DNA of 32,000 bases from Pyrobaculum aerophilum str. IM2 (GTDB taxonomy: Archaea > Thermoproteota > Thermoprotei > Thermoproteales > Thermoproteaceae). Made by a program: the position numbers and the translations under genes. The DNA lies in NCBI RefSeq assembly GCF_000007225.1, contig NC_003364.1, positions 1,140,001-1,172,000 of the forward strand, written 5' to 3'. Below are positions 8,686 to 15,216 of the stretch, piece by piece. A model generated the notes under the pieces. It was not told the origin of the DNA. It did no database searches and saw only the letters and a program-made list of their open reading frames with translations. Each line of letters opens with the position of its first letter. Position 1 is the stretch's first letter.

Positions 8686-9048
8686 TTATATAAAGAAGGG
8701 GTCTCCCAGCCCTAGCGCCCTGGCCACAACGGCCAGGATTATTATATAAATCCACGCCGCCGCGGCGAATAGATACATCGTCCACCTCCTGCGGAACATG
8801 CCCCAGTAGGTATATGCAATGGACGTGGCGAGGAGGGCGAGGGCCAGGAGGTAGGTGAACCTCGCGTAGAACAGCCCCCACTGCTGGGCCAGCAGAGTGA
8901 GGACAAACCCGGCTATGAAAGAGACGATGGCTCCCGTCCACACGGTGAAAGTCACCGGGCGTGTGTAGTAGAAAAGGTATATAAGGGGCGCCAGGGCGGC
9001 GATGACGCCCCCCGCGGCGGCTATTAAGAAGGTCTCGGCGCCGTTCAT
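8686..9048 (-). CDS. Small polytopic membrane protein B4 (about 4 TM segments)
   Basis: I moved the start to the ATG at 9048 (MNGAETFLIAAAGG...). This sits 1 nt after the stop of the upstream gene (9050-9052). The product is almost entirely hydrophobic helices. Confidence 0.6.
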   Translation of the reverse strand: MNGAETFLIAAAGGVIAALAPLIYLFYYTRPVTFTVWTGAIVSFIAGFVLTLLAQQWGLFYARFTYLLALALLATSIAYTYWGMFRRRWTMYLFAAAAWIYIIILAVVARALGLGDPFFI

Positions 9049-9049
9049 G

Positions 9050-9451
9050 TTAAAACAGCCAGAGGCTGTAGTTGTTCGTCGCCAGCGCGGCGACGTAGAG
9101 GGCGAATAGGTATACATACGGCGCGCATGATATCAGCGCAAGCTCTAAATCCCGCTTTGACGGCCTCAGCGCTATGTTGAGCTGTATGAGTTGCGCGGCG
9201 ACTAGGAGCGCGAGGCCGATTACCGCCGACAGCCTCCACGCCGCGACTCCGCCGTATGCCACTGTAATCCACACCGCATATATATTGGCCGCCCCCGCCA
9301 GGACTAAAAAGGGCACGATGACATCTCGGTGTTGAAATAAAAGCTGGGGAGCCAGGCCGTAATACTTCGCAGTAAGCCTCTCTGCGTATACTCTGCCGAA
9401 GGCCACGGCCATGCCCACCGCAATGCCGACGAGAAGCGCAACGTAGTTCAT
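9050..9451 (-). CDS. Small polytopic membrane protein B3 (about 4 TM segments)
   Basis: The 133-aa product is hydrophobic throughout. It has its own TATA-like element (9473-9483 on the plus strand) about 27 nt upstream of the ATG at 9451. Confidence 0.65.
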   Translation of the reverse strand: MNYVALLVGIAVGMAVAFGRVYAERLTAKYYGLAPQLLFQHRDVIVPFLVLAGAANIYAVWITVAYGGVAAWRLSAVIGLALLVAAQLIQLNIALRPSKRDLELALISCAPYVYLFALYVAALATNNYSLWLF

Positions 9452-9482
9452 GTGATTGCGTATGCACCGGGGTTAAAATTTT

Positions 9483-10721
9483 TTACGTTTTCCAAGGCCT
9501 TAGAGACTCTTGAACCACTGAAATCACGGCGGGCCAGCCGCCCCAAGTCCCCGTTGGGTCGGCAACGACGTATATTGGCTCTGTCCAGCCGGAGGGCACG
9601 CCGCATGGCGGATTGCAAGTATAATAGGGGGAGGATCTGCTGAAAACCCAGTATTTAGACATGCCGTCTGTGTACAGCCAAGCAACGCCTTGTCTAAAAG
9701 GCCCTGTGGCGTTGAGAGGCTTGTACAGCGATACAAGCGTTGTGAGATAAGTAGAGACGCCGAATTGATACCTTATAACCGCGCCCCACATGCCAACAGG
9801 AGTGCTGTAAGTGTAGAAATGTACGCGGTAGGACTTGGCCGTAGCTACTGTGTAGTTAACCTCGCGGAGAGCCGTTTTGAAAACCCTCACCCCCTCAGCC
9901 CTAGGCGAGTCGAAGAAGGGCCCGGCGTAGCCCGGCAACACAACCCCCATTTCTCCCCGCAGAGTCGGGGCGGGAGGGACGGACACGTTGACCGCAGGGG
10001 GACACGGGGCATCGTAGACATACAGCTTTTCAACGCCTTGCAGTTTTACAAAAGCCCCGTATCTCTCTACCCCCTTGTCCGAGGGCGCGTACACTGGGGG
10101 AAGGACGTTAGGCACAACCTCTGCGTATTTTAAGGTCTCTGTTATGAGCACTGACTTGTTAAACACAAAGACGCAACCCGAGATGGGCAGTTTCCCCACG
10201 TCTCTCTCCCAGATGTAAAAAGCTCCGTCTCTGCCCACTTGCACGAACTGCCGTCCAGAGCCGTTGAGCGTAATCACCACGCGCTGGGCGGAGCCCGGGT
10301 ACCAGTCGACAAGCCTTACTTTTAACCTAACCGCGTCCCGCCACCCAGAGGGGTGGGTGAAGTTCACCAAGCACTCTCCCTCAAAGCCCGGCGGGATGGT
10401 TAAGTCGACGGGGTAGGCCCCGGGGGCTTCGCCCACAGAGGACACCCCCACTGCCCCGCAAGTAGACGACGCGAGAACTGTAGTCGGGTAGAACAACCTA
10501 ACCTCCACCGCCTTTGGGTAGAGCCAAGGCCCGTAGGGCGAGCTGTAGAGATACAGCGTCTTGTCTTCCGCAGCCACGTAGGAGGGCAACTGGCCCAGGG
10601 CCACTTCGGCTAAGGGACCGCTACGGAAGGCGTAATCGCCCCCCGGGGAGGTTAGGGCTATTATGAAGACGAGGGTGGGGAGGAATAAAAGGAGTGTTCT
10701 TATTACCGCCTCTTTGCGCAT
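9483..10721 (-). CDS. Secreted protein B2 of operon B (412 aa)
   Basis: It has an N-terminal signal/anchor (TLLLFLPTLVFIIALT), several N-x-S/T sequons, and a looser IPPGFEGEC motif. It is coupled to the upstream gene by a TAATG overlap at 10721. Confidence 0.7.
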   Translation of the reverse strand: MRKEAVIRTLLLFLPTLVFIIALTSPGGDYAFRSGPLAEVALGQLPSYVAAEDKTLYLYSSPYGPWLYPKAVEVRLFYPTTVLASSTCGAVGVSSVGEAPGAYPVDLTIPPGFEGECLVNFTHPSGWRDAVRLKVRLVDWYPGSAQRVVITLNGSGRQFVQVGRDGAFYIWERDVGKLPISGCVFVFNKSVLITETLKYAEVVPNVLPPVYAPSDKGVERYGAFVKLQGVEKLYVYDAPCPPAVNVSVPPAPTLRGEMGVVLPGYAGPFFDSPRAEGVRVFKTALREVNYTVATAKSYRVHFYTYSTPVGMWGAVIRYQFGVSTYLTTLVSLYKPLNATGPFRQGVAWLYTDGMSKYWVFSRSSPYYTCNPPCGVPSGWTEPIYVVADPTGTWGGWPAVISVVQESLRPWKT

Positions 10722-11329
10722 TACTGCGGCACTTTCTCTATGTTGACTTGGAAGGCGGCGAGGGTCTCGTAATACGGCGCGTTTGCGTCAATTATCATGT
10801 CAACGCCCAACACCGCACAAGTGCCGGAGGGTAGAGTCACGTAGTCAGTTGTCGTGTCCACGGGCTGTCCATCTTTAATTATAACAATAGGATCGGCGGG
10901 AGGCGGCGTGGGCTCTACAAACTTAATGGCAAGGTATCTTATCAGTTTGGCGCCGGAGCCCGTGGTCCCGTTTTGATAAGTTACAGTGAAGTCTTGTAGC
11001 AGTAAGACGTCTGAAATTCTTATCTTAATGTCTGTATTGTAGTTATTACAGACGCGTAAGGCGTTGGTAATGTTGAGAATATCGCCGGGGACGCCGGTTA
11101 CGTAAACTCTCGTTATGTTAAGACCCGTGTTCGGGTCGTAGTACCAATCTGCCTTTACAAACGTCCCGTTCATAACATTAGTATCTTTGCCGACGTATTT
11201 AATCACCGGCGGCTCAGTGGTGTTTACATACCAATATGTCACGTTTAATACAGACACAGCCGCAAACAGCGCCACTGCTCCAAGCAATACGACTATTAGC
11301 CCCAAAGCCCTGTACTCCCTCCTTGTCAT
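10721..11329 (-). CDS. Secreted protein B1 of operon B (202 aa), carrying both the NVTYW-VN-T-PPV-K and the LPSGTC...IDANAP motifs
   Basis: N-terminus: RALGLIVVLLGAVALFAAVSVLNVTYWYVNTTEPPVIK, compared with A2's NVTYWRVNATLPPVMK. C-terminus: LPSGTCAVLGVDMIIDANAP, compared with A3's LPPGACVPARVEVLVDANVP. Confidence 0.7.
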   Translation of the reverse strand: MTRREYRALGLIVVLLGAVALFAAVSVLNVTYWYVNTTEPPVIKYVGKDTNVMNGTFVKADWYYDPNTGLNITRVYVTGVPGDILNITNALRVCNNYNTDIKIRISDVLLLQDFTVTYQNGTTGSGAKLIRYLAIKFVEPTPPPADPIVIIKDGQPVDTTTDYVTLPSGTCAVLGVDMIIDANAPYYETLAAFQVNIEKVPQ

Positions 11330-11351
11330 GTATCGAAGAAATGTACCTAGT

Positions 11352-11369
11352 TAAATATTCAACGTTGTG
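11352..11369 (-). promoter_or_regulatory. Promoter-proximal element upstream of operon B (plus-strand taaatattcaacgttgtg), containing the palindrome CAACGTTG
   Basis: It matches 7851-7868 at 17 of 18 positions. The TATA part is centred about 27 nt upstream of the B1 ATG (11329). The palindrome (11360-11367) lies between the divergent B1 and GTPase promoters. Confidence 0.55.
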
Positions 11370-11413
11370 CCGTTCAGACATACACATCTTTATATATGGG
11401 AGGGGGTTTTTCC

Positions 11414-11905
11414 GTGGCTAAGTCTTGGGCTGTGGTGTTTTTGGGCGTCGGCGGCGTGGGCAAGACCACTTATATATATAAGTTGCTGGGCATTTCTAAG
11501 ACGCCTCAGTTGACGCGAAGGCCGCGCACTTATTTCACCGCCACTGAGCTTGGGAGGCTGTTTTTAGTGGATATCCCGGGGCAGAGGGCTACGGAGGTGG
11601 CCAAGGCTTATTACGAGGCGGCTAGGAGCTACGGGCTGAGGCTGGACCTCGCCGTTTATATGTACAGCGTGGTGGAGCCGGAGACGTTAGACGCCCTTTG
11701 GCAGATACACGAGTGGGCTGTGAGAATTCCCGTGGCGCGGAGGATTTTAGTGGGCAATAAAGTCGACTTGGCGGAGGAGCTTGGGGTGATAGTGGAGGGC
11801 GAGGACGCGGCTAGGGGCCTCGGCATCTCCGCCGTTTACTACACGTCTGCGCTAAAAGACGAGCCCACACGCCTTTTAACGATTCTCTTTGACAACTTGA
11901 CATAA
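11414..11905 (+). CDS. Ras-superfamily small GTPase
   Basis: G1 is GVGGVGKT, G3 is DIPGQ, G4 is NKVD and G5 is TSA. I prefer the GTG at 11414 (read as M-AKSWAVVFLGVGGVGKT, Ras-like spacing) because the TATA-like tttatata (11389-11396) overlaps the track's ATG at 11396. Confidence 0.8.
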   Translation: MAKSWAVVFLGVGGVGKTTYIYKLLGISKTPQLTRRPRTYFTATELGRLFLVDIPGQRATEVAKAYYEAARSYGLRLDLAVYMYSVVEPETLDALWQIHEWAVRIPVARRILVGNKVDLAEELGVIVEGEDAARGLGISAVYYTSALKDEPTRLLTILFDNLT

Positions 11906-11968
11906 AATATATATTCCCTCGGCGTAAATATGTAAAAGGTGACTGTCTCTAGTTGCGGGGGCGTTGCG

Positions 11969-12874
11969 TTACGCCACTAGCTGTACTGCTTTGCACATCT
12001 GTACCACTAGTTCAAATATCTGTTTGAAATCCCCCGCCCTGCGCAGTACCTGCGCCTCGCGTACGTCGTCGTATATGGGCAGTCCTGCGTCTTTTTTGAG
12101 GCGCCCCATGTCTCTACACACCTCCAGCCTCTTCTTGAGTAAGTACATGAGGCCTCCGTCTACCCAGTCCAAGGCCTCTCTCAGCGCCGGGAGCCCGCCC
12201 CCGCTCGGCGTAATGCCCAGGGCGAGCAGGGCGGCGTAGTAGGCGTCTGCAGTCAACTGGCCTGGGGCCGTGGCCTCGCCCAGCGAGACGTACATAATGG
12301 GGCTTCCCAGCGCCGCGGCGGCCACTCTTGTGTACGCCCCTGCGGGCCCCATGGCGAAGGCGACAGTGGGCTTCTCCACCGCCCCTATTAACGACAGCAC
12401 TCTGAGCCCGTCCCCCGGCTCTTTGGCGTAGGTGACGATTTTCACCAAGTCGCCGACCGCCGCCGCTTTTTTAGCCCACTGGCTCAACACGTCGAGAGGA
12501 GGCGTCTTCTCGAAGTCGTGTCTGCTGGCTATTAACTGCGCCTTTCCCTTAATTTTCGCCACTTCGCCTATAATGGGCGACTCGGCCTCTACGTCGATGT
12601 AGTGCGGGTTTAGCTCCAGGAGCTTTCTGTACAAGGCCTCTCTCCCCTCCTCGTCTCCCCTCCACTGGCCCCCCTCCTCACGCCTCCTCACTGTAAAAAT
12701 TACCACGCGTCTCGCCACTGCGTGTTCTAAAAGGGGCCGCACCTCGGCGAGATCCGCCTCTAAATAGTCGAGCCTCAGCTCTAGACAGGTCACGGGCGCC
12801 TCCAGCGCCTTTTCTATATCGCGCGGCTTTCTGACGGGGACGACGCCGCAGATTAATACCCCATATTGTAACAT
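11969..12874 (-). CDS. aroD: Bifunctional type I 3-dehydroquinate dehydratase fused to an AroQ-type chorismate mutase
   Basis: The N-terminal ~225 aa look like AroD type I (LELRLDYL, IASRHDFEKTP, AFAMGPAGAYTRV). The C-terminal ~75 aa look like AroQ chorismate mutase (LPALREALDWVDGGLMYLLKKRLEVCRDMGRLKKDAGLPIYDDVREAQVLRR). Confidence 0.8.
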   Translation of the reverse strand: MLQYGVLICGVVPVRKPRDIEKALEAPVTCLELRLDYLEADLAEVRPLLEHAVARRVVIFTVRRREEGGQWRGDEEGREALYRKLLELNPHYIDVEAESPIIGEVAKIKGKAQLIASRHDFEKTPPLDVLSQWAKKAAAVGDLVKIVTYAKEPGDGLRVLSLIGAVEKPTVAFAMGPAGAYTRVAAAALGSPIMYVSLGEATAPGQLTADAYYAALLALGITPSGGGLPALREALDWVDGGLMYLLKKRLEVCRDMGRLKKDAGLPIYDDVREAQVLRRAGDFKQIFELVVQMCKAVQLVA

Positions 12875-12885
12875 AATTCTCTATT

Positions 12886-13749
12886 TTAAAAGAGAACTCC
12901 CCGTCTCCAACAGAGGGCGCACTCGGCGCACTGAGGCCTTCCCGCGAACTCCTCGGGGTCTAGGACTATCCTCTGGCTCAAGGCCCCCAGCGCCTCCCTC
13001 AGCCATTTCCACAGAGCGGTCTTTAGGCGGGGGGCGTGTTGGACGTGGTTTAGAAATACGAGGATTCTGGCGTCTGTGTTCTCCAGTATATATTTAATCG
13101 CGGGGAGGTCCCTCTCCTCCTGCCCCGGGGTATATACGTACGTAATGAGCCCTCTCTTAATCTCCCGCCACGTCTCCACCGCCTTTATGTAATTGTGGGG
13201 ATCTGCGCTGAGGTGTATAATTAAGTTCTGAGGCGCCTCGCCCCGCACTACGTGAAACGACTTGGTGTATGTGTAAAATACGCGGTCTGGGTGTTGCCGG
13301 GCTATCTCTGCCCATTTTTCAAAATACTCCTCGTCGTAGAAATCCCCGCTTACGTGAAGCCTAATTACTCTGTGCGGCAGGCGGGCTAGGTATTTGCCCA
13401 CCACTTGGGGGAAGTCCTCTCTGAGGGAGAGAAGGTATGAAGCGGCCTCTCTGACGTAAGCCCGCCAGTTGGTGATTTCGTACACAGCGTAGCACCACTT
13501 GTAGCAGAACTCCGTGGCCCCCGGGCAGGTGAGCACTGGCGGAAGGGAGAAGAAGGGGATTTCCCCCATTTTCCTATTTCCTATAGTGAAGGGGCCTAGC
13601 CACCACCTCCCCACGCCTACTAGCGCCGGGTCAAAGGGCGTTCTTGCCAGGCAATTCTCGTCGCCGCAGTTGGCCCAGGCCTCCGCCAGGTATTTCGCCA
13701 ATTCGCTGCGAATAAGCCTCCCCGCCTCTTCAACGCGCCAGAGCCTCAT
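12886..13749 (-). CDS. Cysteine-cluster protein of unknown function, possibly related to the phage GP88-type family
   Basis: The 287-aa product has SLPPVLTCPGATEFCYKWCYA (C-x6-C-x3-C) and a C-terminal CAECALC. The resemblance to GP88-type proteins is from memory only. The coding quality is good. Confidence 0.6.
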   Translation of the reverse strand: MRLWRVEEAGRLIRSELAKYLAEAWANCGDENCLARTPFDPALVGVGRWWLGPFTIGNRKMGEIPFFSLPPVLTCPGATEFCYKWCYAVYEITNWRAYVREAASYLLSLREDFPQVVGKYLARLPHRVIRLHVSGDFYDEEYFEKWAEIARQHPDRVFYTYTKSFHVVRGEAPQNLIIHLSADPHNYIKAVETWREIKRGLITYVYTPGQEERDLPAIKYILENTDARILVFLNHVQHAPRLKTALWKWLREALGALSQRIVLDPEEFAGRPQCAECALCWRRGVLF

Positions 13750-13774
13750 CTATATTAACCACGTGTATTACTAT

Positions 13775-14755
13775 ATGGATTTTGCCACTGTAATTAGACG
13801 CATAGAGGCCGCCGGGCCCCGCCACAGGCTGGACATAGGCGACCCCGACTTGCCGCCTCCTCCCGAGCTTTTAGAGGCGCTCGGCAGAGTGGGGGACATG
13901 CGCTACGGCCCCCCCGAGGGGTTGCAGGCGTTTAGAGAGGCCGTGGCCTCTATCTTCGGCGTAGATCCCGGCGAGGTCGTGGCGGTGGCGGGCGGCCGGC
14001 ACGGGCTGGCGGCTTTAATGTGGATTTTTAGAAAGAGGCGCCTCCTCACGACGCGGCCCTACTACCCGGGGTATTTTGAAATAGCTAACGTGTTCGACAT
14101 CCCCCTGGGTTTTGTGGAGACGGGAGACGGGTGGGTGCCCCAGTTCGCCGAGAGGGGGGTGTACGTGGTCAACTACCCTAATAACCCTACGGGCGCCGTC
14201 CTTCCGCGGCACAAAGTGAAAGAGCTTGTGGACGTGGCGGAATTTATTATTAGCGACGAGATTTACCGCGACATCTCCTTTGTTGAGTTCACGTCGCCGC
14301 TAGAGCTCTCTCCCAACGTCGCCGTTGTTTATAGTTTTTCAAAAGTGTTTTCAGTGCCTGGGCTGAGGCTGGGCGTTGTAATAGCGCCTAGAGATGTGGC
14401 GAGGGAAGTGGCCCGTTTTAACAAGGCCACTATAAACGTCCCGCCGACACACGCCCAGAGGGCAATTGCATCTGTTATAGACATCTTGCCGAAGAGGAGG
14501 GAGGAGGTATCTGCGGCGTATAGGCGGAGGGCGGAGCTGGCGGAGAGGCTGTTGAGACTCCCCTTTGTCAAGCCCGGAGGGGCCTTTTACCTTTTCCCCC
14601 GCGTCTCTGAGGGCTGTTTTGACAAGGCGCTGGCGGCCGGGGTCTCAGTCCTCCCCGGGGAGCTGTACGGAAGGGGCGGGCACGTCAGAATTGCGCTTGT
14701 AGAGCCCGAAGAGCAACTAGCCGAGGCCTTTTCTGTTTTAAACGAGGTGTGTTAG
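13775..14755 (+). CDS. Class I PLP-dependent aminotransferase (aspartate/aromatic type)
   Basis: Motifs include NYPNNPTG and YSFSKVFSVPGLRLG (PLP-lysine). I moved the start from the track's 13514 to the ATG at 13775 (MDFATVIRR...), because the upstream 87 codons are the antisense shadow of the neighbouring gene. Confidence 0.85.
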   Translation: MDFATVIRRIEAAGPRHRLDIGDPDLPPPPELLEALGRVGDMRYGPPEGLQAFREAVASIFGVDPGEVVAVAGGRHGLAALMWIFRKRRLLTTRPYYPGYFEIANVFDIPLGFVETGDGWVPQFAERGVYVVNYPNNPTGAVLPRHKVKELVDVAEFIISDEIYRDISFVEFTSPLELSPNVAVVYSFSKVFSVPGLRLGVVIAPRDVAREVARFNKATINVPPTHAQRAIASVIDILPKRREEVSAAYRRRAELAERLLRLPFVKPGGAFYLFPRVSEGCFDKALAAGVSVLPGELYGRGGHVRIALVEPEEQLAEAFSVLNEVC

Positions 14756-14772
14756 CGCACAGCCAATTCGGC

Positions 14773-15062
14773 CTATTCCGCCATCCTCCTCACGTAGGAC
14801 AGCCTGGCTTTAACGTAGTCTTTAGCCTCGTGAAAGCCCCAGACGTGCATGCCCTGTCTCGCACCTCGCCGAGCCCCAAGCGCTTGCTTATCTCCTCCAC
14901 GGCCTTCACCAGCTCCGTCACAGTCCGCCTCGCCTGGCCTCTTTATTCAACACGTATAAGGCCTTCACGGCCTCTTCCGCCGCCTTGTATAGTTTTTTGA
15001 AGCTTGCACTGGGTCTTTGTCCGCGGGCCCCTCTTTTAGGTATTTTGGCCGGCTCTATGCGC
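14773..15062 (-). pseudogene. Decayed PaREP1/HEPN-like gene remnant, broken across at least 3 frames
   Basis: Reverse-strand fragments lie in different frames: SFKKLYKAAEEAVKALYVLNKEARRGGL* (stop at 14918-14920), TVTELVKAVEEISKRLGLGEV, and HVWGFHEAKDYVKARLSYVRRMAE* (stop at 14773-14775). The family assignment is from memory of PaREP1-type helical proteins. Confidence 0.4.
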
Positions 15063-15216
15063 CTCGGCGGCTGTGGCTGGGTTTATGTTAAGAGCTCGTG
15101 AGAATATCAATAGCTGGAGAGGCCTCTTTTGGTCAATTCCTCGGCTAGTTTCTGCGGCGGCGCCTGCGCGTACGGCTCTTGGCTTTTGTTTAAAAACTTG
15201 CCGTATCTCTAGGCTA

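Noticed and set aside
8674-8686. An alternative MNT start at ATG 8686 (a TAATG overlap with the upstream stop), which would need a frameshift
   Set aside because: This ATG is out of frame with the MNT domain. The in-frame TTG at 8673 is an adequate start, so another lesion is not required.
8558-9467. Overlapping ORFs 8558-8941 (127 aa) and 9045-9467 (140 aa)
   Set aside because: They are alternative frames of the membrane-protein and MNT genes on the same strand. Their translations are arginine/proline-rich nonsense. The hydrophobic-helix frames are clearly the real ones.
4930-11329. Multiheme cytochrome nanowire, or type IV pilin (class III signal peptide), as an explanation for the secreted proteins
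   Set aside because: No CxxCH heme-binding motif occurs in any of the proteins. The N-termini lack a clear [KR]-[GA] followed by a hydrophobic prepilin-peptidase site. The R-A-L in B1 is the only weak match, and the conserved motif lies after the hydrophobic segment, not within it.
13514-13774. The N-terminal 87-codon extension of the aminotransferase ORF
   Set aside because: It overlaps the 5' part of the divergent gene 12886-13749 and translates to low-complexity sequence. The conserved aminotransferase fold begins at the ATG at 13775.
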